DNA of 64,000 nucleotides from Octopus vulgaris (Eukaryota). Of the stretch, positions 26,422 to 40,640 are shown one piece after another. The notes under the pieces were generated by a model. It was not told the origin of the DNA, did not search any database, and worked only from the letters and a program-made list of their open reading frames with translations. Where the stretch lies: the NCBI GenBank assembly GCA_951406725.2, contig OX597814.1, forward strand, positions 144,274,001 to 144,338,000, given 5' to 3'. Made by a program: the position numbers and the translations under genes. Position 1 is the stretch's first letter, and each line of letters opens with the position of its first letter.

Positions 26422-28706
26422 TTACATGTATATATTTATATATACATATATTATATTTATACATATATATACATATACACACAAACACACATGCATACAA
26501 AAACACACACAATCGCACACGCACGCACGCACGCACGCACACACATATCCATTAATTCTTTCATTTTTTTTTTTAGTCGTTCATTCCTTTATTCCTCTTT
26601 CGTTTGTTTCAGTCATTAGGATTGTGGTCCTGTAGATGCACACCTTTGAACGTTTTGATCGATGCAATTGGCCCCAGTGCTATTTTAAATCTAGCAGTTA
26701 TTCTATTGAACCATTTTTGCTGAACCACTATGTTACGATGACGTTAAGAAACCAACATTCATGCACACACACACACACACACAGACACACACGCACACAC
26801 ATACATACACATACATACGTGTGTGTGTAAATGTAATCCGGTGTGCACAACTGAATCAGTATTAAATAAAACAACCATCAATGTACCATACTTAATGTAT
26901 ATACACTACTTACAAGTAAGCTGCTGCAGTTTTCTTCTAAGATAAAATTCCTTACGGGCGTGCAGTGTTTAAGAATACAATATATATCAGAAGGAAACGA
27001 AAAGGTTTCCTTTTTCCAACAGATGCTTTTCGGGCTTGTTGGAGCAACACAGTGACGAGTGCTTGCAGCCAGCCAGACGGCTAGACGAGATCTGCCGCTT
27101 CAACTATACGAAGCAATAAATAATGCATAAACTGGTATTGTAAATAGACGCCGAGCTGAAAACATCGTTTCATATTCGCAATTGAAGTAATATTAAATCA
27201 TATTAGCTATCTAATTTAAAGTGTTAAAGAGGACGCCTCTTTAGCTACACTTTGGCATAACTAGTTTGAGATTTGGTTCAGCAGAAAAAAAGTTACATCA
27301 AAATATAAGGCATCTATTCATCTTCAATTACTCCTTTACTCTTTTACTTTTTTCATTCATTCAGTCAAGATGCCACGCAGTGGGACTGAACCCGGAACCA
27401 TGTGGTTCGTAAGCAAGCTACTTACCACATAGCCACTCCTACGCCTATAAAATATACAAGAGGTGAAGTTAACCTCGGTAGAATTTGAACTCAGAAATAC
27501 CGCTAAGCATTTCGCCCCGCGCGTTAACGTTTCTGCCAACTCGAATAAAAGTATACTTTTCTTAGGCTTAACGGATAGAATAATCATGAGGAATTCAGAA
27601 TCGTTAGTCGCATTGAACAAAAATTAGTAGAGAAAACGTTATGAGGTGAAACGTCTGGAAATTTCATGTCAGTATGTGAGGGAGTAGGAAACGCTCTAAG
27701 CAATAATGTTAAGGCAAGAATATATTACTAAAATGAATGCCTGCATTTACGCCCCGAGTTGGCACAAACGTTAGCACGCAGGGCGAAATACTTAACGGTG
27801 TTTCTGAGTTCAAATTCCTCCGTGTTTAACTTCACCTCTCGTATATTTTATCTTTCTATAATCAAGTATTTAATAAAGTTATTTTTAATATGCTGTTGAA
27901 TTAGGGTAAGTTTAACTTTTATGATAAATTCTCTTTCAGCTTAAATTATCTTGCTTTCTGATTTTTTTGCTTTACCTTTTTAGTTGCTTTCTTTTTCTTT
28001 TTAGTTAATTATTTAATCAGGCTAGTATATTAATGTGTTATATGCTTCAGATATGTGCATCTAAATTTACTGGGGCAGGAATATAGTCATTTTTGGCTGT
28101 GTCTCTATGGGCATACCTGAAGGCATGTAATAAGGTATTGGTTAAAAGTGCTTATATTCTAAATTTACTTTTTAAATTTCAAAATTAATTAAAAAGGTTT
28201 ATATTAATGGCATGTAGGTAATTTTAACTTGTGTATATCTGATATGCTTTTATAATTACTGTTGTATTGAATAACTATTGATAGATCTAGATCAGCAGCA
28301 GTCATTGCTATTATCACCAACTCAAAATCTAGGTTACTTAAGGTGAGCCTGGTAACTGATGGTTTTGGGGTCTTGTTGCTTGTAACTTTTGGTGAGCCAT
28401 GGTGCAACCAACAAGATGGTAAATTTCCCAGCCATTAATTTGGTGTGGATGGGTAATATCAAGTAATTCAATCACAACATATATTTGAATTAAACATGAA
28501 AGAAAAATTGAAATATTATCATCACTTACATGGAAAAATTGAAATATCATCTTTCAGTATTTTATAAGTTAAAATCTTGAATTATTAATTGACACATTAT
28601 TAATTGTCTTATAATTCCAATGCCTGGAAAAATCATGGATTACATGGAAAAATGCTAGCATGAAAAGTAATATTCTTAAGATTATAAACCTGGAAAAGCA
28701 GAGAGC

Positions 28707-29097
28707 AAGTTATTACACCTGGAAAAGTATAGGACAAGCTATTACTTCTAGTAAAGTAAAGAATAAGAAACTTTTTATTTCAAATATGGCAGCTACAATT
28801 AAAATTTCAATATTGAAAACTATTTTATTATAGTTTACAAATAACACTATATGTATTTAAGTAGAATTTGCCTAATTTACTACCTTAAATACAGAAAAAA
28901 GTGACTAATTAGACAGAAGTGACTAATTACACAAGCTGAACAGTTATATACAATAAATTTAAAAGATGAGAACTGTAAAGAGTGATAAATTACAAGAACT
29001 GGCATTCTTTGCTGCAATATTTTAAGTAAAAAGTTTCTTATTTTTTACTTTACTAGAAATAATAGCTTGTCCTATACTTTTCCAGGTGTAATAACTT
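28707..29097. repeat. Inverted repeat (arms 28707-28793 / 29011-29097) in an AT-rich region with repeated (C/A)TGGAAAA motifs
   Basis: AAGTTATTACACCTGGAAAAGTATAGGACAAGCTATTA and its reverse complement. Confidence 0.75.
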
Positions 29098-29217
29098 TTC
29101 CTGTACTTTCCCATGTAATAAAATAGAAGCTATTACATGCATTCAAAGCGTCTCCCGTAAACGAAATTAAAGGATACATATATACATGCGTGAGTGTGTG
29201 TGCGTATATACGTATGT

Positions 29218-29271
<54 letters not shown>

Positions 29272-29286
29272 ATGTACATATATATG

Positions 29287-29340
<54 letters not shown>

Positions 29341-29394
29341 CATACATACATACATACATACATACATACATACATACATACATACATACATACA

Positions 29395-29430
<36 letters not shown>

Positions 29431-29563
29431 TAACGGAAGGTTTACGAAAATAAACAAAAGACGAATTATATATATATATATATGATTTTGATTTTGATTT
29501 TTCCAGTTTCAGCTCATGAGCTGTGGCCATGCTGGGGCACCGCCATTTATATATATATATATA

Positions 29564-29820
29564 TTACCTTCGAAACGGAGTAGATAAAACAGGGACAGCT
29601 GAAGAAGAGGAATATTCCTTGTGTTGTATGTGTTGTATGTTTTGCTTCTCTGTTTTCTTCGTTGTTTGAAAAAAGTTCGTTTCTATGTTTTTGTTTTTGT
29701 TTTCGTTTCTCATTATGTTCAACATTTTTTTTATGTCCTCTTCTCATATATGCATGTATATATACATATATATATATATATAGGTATGTACATATATGTA
29801 TTATATATGCATATATTTAT
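29564..29820 (+). mobile_element. Penelope-like family C, 5'-truncated copy
   Basis: Homologous to 54560-54900 and 60165-60425 on the minus strand. Confidence 0.7.
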
Positions 29821-29821
29821 A

Positions 29822-29875
<54 letters not shown>

Positions 29876-29890
29876 TATATATATAGATAT

Positions 29891-30262
29891 ACTAGCAGTA
29901 TCGCCCGGCGTTGCTCGGGTTTGTAAGGGAAATAACTATAAAGCATTTTTAGAGAGTTATAGGCAAAAAATGGAAAAAAAAATGATGGTAATTTTTTTTT
30001 TGTTAAAAAGGTCGAGTTGCGTCCCCTAGACAGTCTGTGGTTTGTGTTTCTAATTCTCGACCCCATGTCGAATTTATCGATTTTTTTCAGAACTGGGGGA
30101 ACTTTTCAAAATTTTCGCTGCGTTAGTTTTGAATTATGACATTGGGCTATGTGTGTGTCAAGTTTCATCAGAATCGGTTAAAAGCCGTGGTCAGGGTGAG
30201 GGTACAACCTAACAGACACGCAGAAACACACACAGACAAACTGCCGTTTATATATAGAGAGA
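29891..30262 (+). mobile_element. Helitron/Helentron-related nonautonomous element (HINE/Lep1-like)
   Basis: Starts ACTAGC with hairpin CCCGGC.TT.GCTCGGG; ends ..AAGTTTCATCAGAATCGGTT..ACAGACAAAC..TATATAGAGAGAT; no TIR or TSD. Confidence 0.6.
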
Positions 30263-30275
30263 TATATATATATAA

Positions 30276-30354
<79 letters not shown>

Positions 30355-30430
30355 CATACATATACATATATATATATATACGGCTCCATGATATACGTAT
30401 ATAAATATATATACTTATATACACGTATAT

Positions 30431-30648
30431 AAGGCGGCAAGCTGAAAGAATCGTTAGCCCACCGAACAAAATGCTTAGCGGCATTTCTTCCGTTGTTTCT
30501 TTCCGAGCTCAAGTCCCGCCAAAGTAAACTTTGCCTTTCACCCTTTCGAGGTCGCTAAAATAAATACCAGTAATGAAAGTAAGTCGGTGAAATCGACTTA
30601 CCCCATTCCTCGATGCTGCTGGCCTTGTGCTAACATATGACACCAATA
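30431..30648 (+). mobile_element. SINE family A
   Basis: AAGGCGGC head and central domain. Confidence 0.8.
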
Positions 30649-30704
30649 TATGTGCCTATATATTTCTAGATATTTATATGTATATTTGCAAAAGGGTAAA
30701 AAAA

Positions 30705-31025
30705 AACCTCGGTCAAGAATGAGCATGAGGTTGCACTTAGAAGGTTACCCTCCGAGTCCCAAGTGCGGAGTATGCATGGGTGACCAGCAGTTACCCATGC
30801 ATACAAGCCACTCCTCTCCATGCCACTGATGTTATACACGGGACAGGCAAAGGCCGATACAGCTTAGCACCAGTGGCGTCACAACTCATTTTTACAGCTG
30901 AGTGAACTGGAGCAGCGTGAAATAAAGTATCTTATTCAAGAACACAATACGCACCCCGATCCAGGAATCGAACACCCTACTTCCCTACTTCATGATTATG
31001 AGCCCGAAGTTCTAACCACTGAGCT
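30705..31025 (-). mobile_element. tRNA-derived SINE family D
   Basis: Reverse-complement homolog of 35190-35520. Confidence 0.75.
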
Positions 31026-31141
31026 TAGAAATATACACAGACACATGCACAAAGCACATTGTCACACACAGGCATACGCATGCACACACACACACACAGA
31101 GAAGTATGTACAACTCACACACCCGCACTCACACAGACACA

Positions 31142-31198
<57 letters not shown>

Positions 31199-31302
31199 CA
31201 GGCTTCTAACACACATCTTTAAGATTCAAGAGCCTTTTTTTGGGATGTTCGCCAAAAAATAAAATCCATTTACCTCAAGAGCTGATACATAGGTACTCTT
31301 AA

Positions 31303-31660
31303 TGCGGTGAGGTGGCAGACTCATTAAGCACGCTGGACGAATTGCTTAGCGATATTTCGCCCGTCGCTACGTTCTGAGTTCAAATTCTACTGAGGTTGAC
31401 TTTGCCTTTCATTCTTTCGGAGTCGATGAAATAAGTACCAGTTGAGTACTGGGGTCGATGTAATCGACTAGTCCCTTCCCCACAAATTTCAAGTCTTGTG
31501 CCTATAATAGGCAACCAGTGTTGGTTTGTTTACGTTTCCGTTAACTAGTGGTTCGGCAAAAGAAGGCGATAGGATAAATACCAATCTTTAAAAAATTGTT
31601 CAAGTTGGTATCACACCATGGCCGCAAACTAATGAATGAAACAAGTAAAAGAAAAAGAAT
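31303..31660 (+). mobile_element. Chimeric SINE: family A body joined to family B 3' half
   Basis: Family A core to ~31510, then CAACCAGTGTTGG..GGTTCGGCAAAAGA..TGAAACAAGTAAAAGA. Confidence 0.65.
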
Positions 31661-32324
31661 CGGTAGCATCTACATAAAATTACTTGAATTTCTAGACGCA
31701 TATCTTTAATCCACAGAGTTGACAAACTGATACTACAACTTTTGAGAACAGAATTAACAGTGAATGAACTGCAAACTGCATTACCTATTGAAATTGTTCT
31801 CTATAGTAGTGTGCACTAGCGTCAATGCTATTTAATAACTGTAAGTCTGGAAATCAGCAATGGTGGTTTGTCGATGAAATTAATAAAAAAAGGATCATAG
31901 CTAAATTCAAAATGTTGCTGGCCCTGATGGGGGTCTAATTAAAAGATTTGAAATAAGTTAGGGAGAAACTATTTTTAATGAACTTTTTTATATACGAGTT
32001 TCAAAGTGTGTGTCTGTGTGCGCGTAGGCGTGCATATGTATAAGTCCGAGCAAATTTATAAATAAAAAAATATATATGATGTCTGCAACCTTACTATGAA
32101 TGTTTATTTTCTTTTAACTTTGTAAATATAAATTTAAAACGGTGCTCAATTGAAAAGTATTGAGCCATCCTTCAATTTATTGTTTGATCAACACAAGTTT
32201 ATGTTAAGGTTCCTACGCGCGTTTCATCGTTATGGCTGTTTGCAACCCTATATTAGAGATTCCAAATACATATGTGTGCATGCTCGACCATAGCGGACCC
32301 CCAGAAAACACGGAGGTCGGAAAT

Positions 32325-32984
32325 ATGGTAAAGGATGACTCGTCCGAGAAAATAACATTCTTTCACTGCTCTAGGGACCAATGATGTAGGTTTTTACTCC
32401 ACTCTAAACGCTTTGCAACGTTTGTTTTTGAAAGTAGTGGTTTTCTGATTGCAGCCCTCCCATGAAATCTGGCTTTGTGCAGCTCCCGGCGAACAGTTTT
32501 TTGTGGAAACTGGGTTCTCGGGTGATCATTAAACTCTGCAGTAATTTTGAGAGCTGTACTTTTGTGAACTTTTCTAACAATTCGCATAAGAGTCCGACAG
32601 TCCCTCTCTAAAGTTTTAGTTTTCTTCTGGAGTTTTCTTTCGTTGAAGAAGTTTTTTCCTTCTTTCTCAAAGGCTGTCATTATTTTCGAGACAGTACTTC
32701 TTGATACACCAAACATTTCGGCTGTTTTCGTTACGCTAGCGCCTGCCATACGAGAACCAACAATTTGACCTCTTTGAAAGTCCGATACATGTGTCTTTTA
32801 ATGAATTTTAATTACCTTTTACTGATGATATCTGAAAAGAAACAGCAATTTTACCAAAGCATATTAAGCAACAATAATAATAAATCAAAAAATATAAAAA
32901 TAAACAAGCTTTTGACGGTTTTATAGATATCTCAAAATTATGATGCTATGATGCTCGGTGTTTCTATTATTTTGTCCGACCCCT
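32325..32984 (-). mobile_element. Tc1-like transposon 5' half (TIR and transposase N-terminus)
   Basis: MSDFQRGQIVG..GVSRSTVSK HTH, RKPLLSKTNVAKRLEW, VIFSDES motif; terminal TAGGGGTCGGACAAAATAAT next to TA. Confidence 0.88.
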
Positions 32985-33407
32985 ATATATATAGTTTAGC
33001 ATAGGTCTTCAACGGAAGATTCCATTATATATATATATATATATAATTATTATTAAAATTATAATTTAGGGTATCTAAGAGATACCACCACGCAAGAAAT
33101 AGCAGCCAAAATGTGCCTCTAAAATGACATTAAATGTTCATACCACACCAGGAGAGAGGGACAAGATGAACTAGCAATATATATATATAATTATTAATAT
33201 TAGGGGATTTATTTCCGAGTCCATAGGAGTGAGAAATTGAATTTAGTGGTACTAAAACGAATTTCCCACTGCATTATATATATATATAGGTTTAAGAGAT
33301 ATTCTTAGCATAGATAAATGATTTCGGTGATTTCAAAATGCATAACTTTAATTTTAATTATTATGTCTTTATATAGGTTGTAAATAATAAAATAGTTTTA
33401 TATAATC

Positions 33408-33512
33408 CAGACCAGAAGATTGGCAATGTAGTGGATCGATATAGTAGTGAATTTCGAGACGTTCTATTTTAGCAATATCGATAGTTATATTGTCATGAAA
33501 CGCGCGTATCCT
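33408..33512 (+). ncRNA. Degenerate long-stem-II hammerhead motif
   Basis: CAGAAGA core variant, 77-nt hairpin (TGGCAATGTAG..ATCGATAT/ATATCGAT..TTATATTGTCA), GAAAC-GCGC-GTA; stem I poor. Confidence 0.5.
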
Positions 33513-33612
33513 ATCTAAAGTACATGATTCAGAATAGTAATTGTAGATATTTAGTCTTATACATTATCTTTCATAGATAATGTCGTTCAAAGTTGTATGA
33601 GTTGATTAAGCC

Positions 33613-33692
<80 letters not shown>

Positions 33693-35189
33693 TGTGTGTG
33701 TTTGTGTGTCTGTTTGTCGCCCACCATCACTTGACACCCGATGTCTGTGTGCCAACGACCCCCGTAACTTATCGGTTCGGCAAAAGTACTAGGCTTACAA
33801 AGAATAAATCCCGGGGTCGATTTGTTCGACTAAAAGTGATGCTCCAGCATGGCCTCAGTCAAATGAGTGAAACAAATAAAAGAATTCCATTTTCTATCAA
33901 TTATCTATTTATACAAAACTTTAAGGATACTATGGAATTCTTTATGTATATCCAGTAGCAAGAGTACCGTCTCTATATGATGACATCAGGTAGACAATAA
34001 CTATGGACGAGCTTTGCATAGCATACTACAAGGTTTTTACCAGGATTTTATTTAAATATACATATAATGATTTCACTTTGGCGTAGAAACTCTATGCTTA
34101 AACTTTATTTAAGAGTGAATTACATAAAAACAGGAATTATGTAATCATTCTCATTAGATTGCATATTATGGAAAAATTGCTTTCCTCAATAAGTGTGCAC
34201 TTCATTTAAATGACTTCGAGGAAGTTATTGTGTGTCGTATGAGCACTCAGTTCTCTGTTCAATGCTTCTAATAGCAGAAATAGCTAAGAGCTAATGAAAA
34301 TACTCTTATATTTTTTTGCCGTTCATTAATTCTTATATGCAAGCGCGCGCTTGTGTATTTGTGTGTATCTATGTACTTGCATATATCATTTACGTATAGA
34401 TGGGTTTATTGCTATTGCCATACATCTGGCAAGTCCATCGAACTGGGATAAGTTCTTGGTAATTAGGGAACGTCCCAATAATTGCATTTGCAGTTTAAAC
34501 TGCCTCGTCACGATTTTTAAGCTTTTGAAATATGAATGGGCGCTTCAACGAAATCCAACTTTAACCACTTAATTCTATTGGTATTTCTCTTGAACATCTC
34601 TGAACACAATAACCTTGCAGCGTACTAACAATAAATTTTAGACTGTTTATTCTAGTTTCAACCGTGAATTGAGCTGGTCATCATATATGTAGTTCAAGCC
34701 TTCAAATCCACCGCTCAGTAACATTCAAGAGGAGTGCTAGCGTGGAAATTAATTATTGTATTTAAATAATTATTTCAGCATCGATCTCAGTACTTGACTG
34801 GTACTTTATTCTATCGATCTCGAAAAGATGAAAGGCAAAGTCGAAACTCGGCAGAATTTGAACTAAAAATCATAAAGAGGGGTAAAAATACACTAAACTT
34901 TTTTTGCCGACGTGTTAATGATTCTGCTAGCACGCCATTTTATAAGGGCTTAATCCTTTCTGCTACTATAAAGACAAATTATTTAAGGTGGGCGTGGAGA
35001 GGGACCAGAAGAGTTCATCGATCGCAGTGCTCGACTGGTACTTATTTTATCGACCCCGAAAAAATGAAAGGTAAAGTCGACTACGGTGGAATGGGGACTC
35101 AGAACATTAAGCCGGAAGAAATGTCGCTAAGCATTTTGTCCTGCATGCTAACAATTCTACCATCACGCGCTCTTAAGTCTTCAGAGTGA

Positions 35190-35520
35190 AGGCGCATGAC
35201 TCAGTGGTTAGAGCGTCGAACTTACGATCGTGAGGTTGTGAGTTCGATTCCCGGACCGGGCTACGTGTTGTGTTCTTGAGCAAGACACTTTATTTCACGT
35301 TGCTCCAGTTAACTCAGCTGCAGAAATGAGTTGCAATGTCACTGGTGCCAAGCTGTTTCGGCCTTTGCCTTTCCCTTGGAAAGCACCAGTAGTGTGGAAA
35401 GGGGAGGCTAGTATGCATGGGCGACTGCTGGCCTTCCATAAACAACCTTTCCCAGATTTGTGCCTCGGCGGGTAACTTTCTAGGGGCAATCCCATGGTCA
35501 TTCATGACCGAAGGGGATCT
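35190..35520 (+). mobile_element. tRNA-derived SINE family D
   Basis: GGCGCATGACTCAGTGGTTAGAGCG..GAGTTCGATTCCC A/B boxes followed by TTGAGCAAGACACTT CORE-like box. Confidence 0.82.
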
Positions 35521-35761
35521 CCTCCTCCTATGTCTTCAGAGATTGATCATTGAGACTCAGCAAATACATACATGCACACGTATACACGCGCGCGCATATA
35601 GTAGTGGTATGTGTGTATATTTCTCGCTTTATTGCGTTTGTTTCTTTTTTTTTTATCTGATCCTTGTTATTGATCTTCAATAAGAAAGAACCAGTATCTG
35701 TCAATTTGCCATTTCTATTAACGAAGCTGAAGAAGTAAAAATGTCGTAATAAGTTCTGCGA

Positions 35762-36074
35762 AATCAAGATAGTATTAACGAAACACCTCTTGAAATCACT
35801 AAACTTGCTGTGCAGTATTCCACCCGTGTGGGTAGAGATCAATAAAAATGCTCGTATCTTCCATTTTCAGTTTCTCTCATTAATTACATTCACAGGCTCA
35901 GTGTTCGTTGGGTATGTAATTAATGAGAGAAACGGAAAATGGAAGATACGAGAATTTTTATTGATCTCTACCAACACGGGTGGAATACTGCACAACAAGT
36001 TTAGGTGTATCTTTTGATGTAGATGTGTCTCATCAAGTGATTTCAAGAGGTATCTCGTTAATATAATCTTGATT
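35762..36074. repeat. Inverted repeat (arms 35762-35889 / 35914-36074)
   Basis: Reverse-complement arms with a ~30-bp indel, ending at a TA tract. Confidence 0.85.
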
Positions 36075-36222
36075 ATATATATATATATATAAGTACAGCA
36101 AAATTTAGATTCAAATGAATATGGTACTTAAGTTAGATGCACCAGAATTTTGTATGGTGTTATCCATATAAATCCATGGGGTGATTATAATCAAAATAGG
36201 CAACAAGAATAACTTCGGTAAT

Positions 36223-36308
36223 TTGGTACGATCGTTTCACGTTACATCATTTTATTAAATGCTGTTAGTATTACAACAGTTTTAAAATGTTGAGCAATCA
36301 TCAGCCAT
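36223..36308 (-). ncRNA. Long-stem-II hammerhead motif within a Penelope-like fragment
   Basis: Minus strand: TGG-CTGATGA-(59-nt hairpin)-GAAAC-GATC-GTA-CCA. Confidence 0.68.
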
Positions 36309-37758
36309 TAATAGAGGTTTTCCATTAATACATAATTTTCATATCAATTGATAATATTATAGAGAAGGTAGATATATAGACAAAGATGTCGATTTAAATT
36401 TTAAGAACATTAAGGTAGTAGAGTTTATCAACTGACTGAAGAATATTCAGAATATTCAGTTGTTTTGAACTGCTAGAAGGCTTGTGAAGAATGTTTGTGG
36501 CACATTATATCTAGGACTACATTATCTAATGTGTCTCCACTATTATTAAAAGATGATGAGAATCTTATCTTTGTCTTTTATATGTTATCTGTTTCATGTC
36601 TGCGACCATACTACAGCACTTGAAAGGTTTAGTCAAACAAATCGACTCCCTTACTTTTATTCTTTCAGTCTGTTTTCTCGAACCGATAATTTACGGAGAT
36701 TTAAACAAACCAACACTTGTTGCCAAGTGATGTGAGGGGACAAACGCATACATAGAATTATACACCGGGCTTCCATACAATTTCCATCTACTAAATTCAA
36801 TCACCAGGCATTGGTTGGTTTGAGGCTATACCAGAAGACACTTATCCACAGTGCTGTGCAATGGGACTGAACACGAAACGACGTGTTTCCAAAGCGAGCT
36901 TCTTAACCACACAGTTATGACTGAAGAACATTTAATTGCTATGTTTAGCAAACCGAGAGACCATGTAGAGGCTGCACTGCGGGTTCATATTTAACAAGTT
37001 ATTGTTTATATTGCTGTTTAACCCCAGTTTGATCCTGATTGAGCAGATGCACAATCAAAGGAAGTTCTGGTCAGAAATTAACCCGTCTTATTTTTCGATG
37101 GCGAACTGGCAGAATCGTTAGCACTGCGAGCAAACTGTTTAGCGGCATTTCTTTCAGATTTTTACATTCTGAGTTCAGTTCCCGCCGAGACCAACTTTGC
37201 TTTTCATCCGTTCGCGGTCCATAAATAAAGTATCAGGCAAGTACTGGGGAATGATATAATAGACTTGCCCCTTTCTTCAAAATTACTGGCCTCGAACCCT
37301 GAAACAGACCGGAGTCCCGTTTAGAGGAATGTTGTGATCTCGGTCGCTTAGGAGTTTTAAGGCGCGAGAAAAAAATTCTGACAGTTTATTCATGTTCTCA
37401 ACCGGGGTCCATATAGCCTTGGGCGGGGGCGGGTTATATAATATCTTATTGTTAAAATTTATGTGCAATAAATTGCTTATACTTCTACGATACACAAAAT
37501 ATGTTAGCAATTTTTTAATACAATTCCTAATAATAAAGTATAAAAATATATTCTTCTGTATTTTTTTATTCTTTTGCTTGTTTCAGACATTAGACTGCGG
37601 CCATACTAGAGCACCGCCTTGAAGAATTTTAGTCGAATGGAACGACCTCAGTAGTTTGTTTTATTTTATAGGCCTGGTACTTATTCTAACGTTCTCTTTT
37701 GCCGAACTGCTAAGTTACGGGGACGTAAATACACCGGTCGTCAAGCGATGGTGGGATT

Positions 37759-37835
<77 letters not shown>

Positions 37836-37920
37836 TAAATAATGAGGGTAAAACATTGGATATTAATTTGATTAATATCAATTTAAACCAGTGGCCTAGC
37901 ATATTGAAAAAATTTGCATG

Positions 37921-37974
<54 letters not shown>

Positions 37975-38299
37975 GCATGTATGTATATATGTATATACAT
38001 GTAACACCTCAAGCTCTACGAGGCTCCGGCAGGGGGTGGTGGCGAAAGCTGCTGTATTCTTTCTCCACAACATTCTTTAACTCTTTCTTCCTGTTTCCGT
38101 TGTACCTGTATTTCAAAGGGCCAGCGTAGTCACACTCTGTGTCACGCCTGAATCTCCCGGAGAACTCCGTTAAGGGTGCACGGATCTGTGAAAGTGCTCA
38201 GCCACATGCACGTTAATTTCACGGGCAGATTGTTCCGTTGATCGGATCAACTGAAACTCTCGTCATCGTAACGGACGGGGTGCCACGACTATATATATA

Positions 38300-38382
<83 letters not shown>

Positions 38383-40304
38383 TTATACACACACACGTGT
38401 GTGTGTGTATATATACATATATATATATATATACGATGGGCTTTTTTCAGTTTCCGTCTACCAAATCCATTCGCAAGGTTTTGGTCGGCCCGGAGCTTTA
38501 GTAAAATACACTTACTCAAAGTGTCACGCAGTGGGACTGAACCCGGAAACATGTGGTTGAGAAGCAAGATTTTTATCCCACAACCACTCCTGTGCCTTTA
38601 ACAGTTTTTTTAAAACATCAAATGGTTGTGGGAGTCCAACAGAAGAAAATAAAAATCAAGAGGTTCCAATAGGAGAAAAAAAAATGGTTGAGAAATACTT
38701 ATTTAGCTCTATATCATCTAATGTGTCCACCAGACGGTCTGTAGGTGTGATTTCAGAGAGATTTTTACTGCTATTTCTAGCATCCTGTACGTTCAGCGAC
38801 CAACCACCTAGAGGTCTACTCGTAAGTCGTGTAACCACTTATGCCTGTTAGTTTCTTTAAATGCACTTTCTCATAGATTCATATATACGACATACGAGTC
38901 AAATGGTGCATACGTAACGTTGATATGTGATTAAAGAATTAGTAGAAGATTACATTGGGCATAATTTAATATAGTCGATTCAAAATTTGCGTTCATTAAG
39001 AACAACTTCGTAATGAATTTCGACCCAAATATTAAGTTAATTCTTCATAATTACATATTTTTTTCGTGTATGTACATGTGTGTGCGTATGCGTGTGTTTT
39101 GTATCAGTGTAGTGTGCATGTGTCTTAGAGTGTGGCGGGGTACGTTTGAGGGAAAAGAGAAGGAATGAATAAAGGTTATATATAAATATATCTAGTAGAC
39201 TATTACAAATACATTTATCAAGTCCACCTTATGAATTTACACAAACACGCACATACGCGCGCGCGCACATGCACACACGTACACACTAACAAACAAACAC
39301 ACAAACACACACATACACATATAAGCATATACACGCCACATACACACAAACACGCACGGAAACAGACTATTTTTAAATATATATATATTATATATATACT
39401 TGTACATATGCATATATACATATAAATACATACATATACATATACATACATACATACATACATACATACATACATACATACATGCATACACACATACATG
39501 TGTATATATATGTGTGTATATATATATGTATATCTATATATATGTATATATAAGTATATGCATGTATATATATATTAATGTGTATGTGTATGTGTGTGTG
39601 TTTGTGCTTGTCCCCCACCACCGCTTGTTTGTTTATGTCCCCATAACTTAGTGGTTCGGTCAGCGAAAGAAACCGATAGAATAAATACTAGGCTTAAAAA
39701 CAAAACCGAGCAGCGTCATCGATTCGTTCGACTAACATCCTTAAAGGTGGTACCCCAGCATGGCCGCAGTCTTGTGACTGAAACAAGTAAAAGATTATAT
39801 ATATATATACGAAGGCTTCTTTCAGTTTCCGTCTACCATATCCTCTCACAAGGCTTTGGTCGATCCGAGGCTATGGTAAATATTTCGTAACTATGACGAA
39901 AATATATCGTTTGAGCTAACCGATTACCACAAGGGCGCTCAATAACTGTGTAAAGAATCATATTTAGAGAGAAAAATATATGAACATACATTTGAATGTC
40001 TGGCATAGCGATGGCATGCCATTGATGAGGTCGGGAAAGGCCACGAAAGAACATTGACGATGCTTGCTGACTGACTGAGCGATTAATGAGACGAGCGATG
40101 AATTACTCGGTTAGTGGCTAACTTGTTGGCTAATGATAATAAAAGAAATGATGTGGAACCAGCGCGTGTAAGTTTATTGACCCTCGCAAGATACAACAAA
40201 ATAGTTTATAGAAGTTAGCTGCTACGTTTATACCAAACAGCTAGTGTTGTGTTCCATGCAATTACAAAACAGAATCAGAATTAGAGCAATAATATACATA
40301 CTAA

Positions 40305-40305
40305 T

Positions 40306-40364
<59 letters not shown>

Positions 40365-40384
40365 TGATGATGATGATGATAATG

Positions 40385-40417
<33 letters not shown>

Positions 40418-40483
40418 TTAATAATATTAATAATAATAATAATAATAATAGTAATAATAATAATAATAATAATGATGATGATG

Positions 40484-40556
<73 letters not shown>

Positions 40557-40579
40557 TGATGATGATGATGATTATAATA

Positions 40580-40630
<51 letters not shown>

Positions 40631-40640
40631 TGATGATGAT
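40305..40640. repeat. (TAA)n/(TGA)n microsatellite
   Basis: Direct observation. Confidence 0.95.

Noticed and set aside
26950-27120. Strong-looking acceptor (TTTTTCCAACAG) or THAP-like peptide FPTDAFRACW
   Set aside because: Short frames with stops; similarity too weak to call
35190-35262. tRNA-like sequence
   Set aside because: Poor cloverleaf and continuous with a SINE body; it is a SINE head
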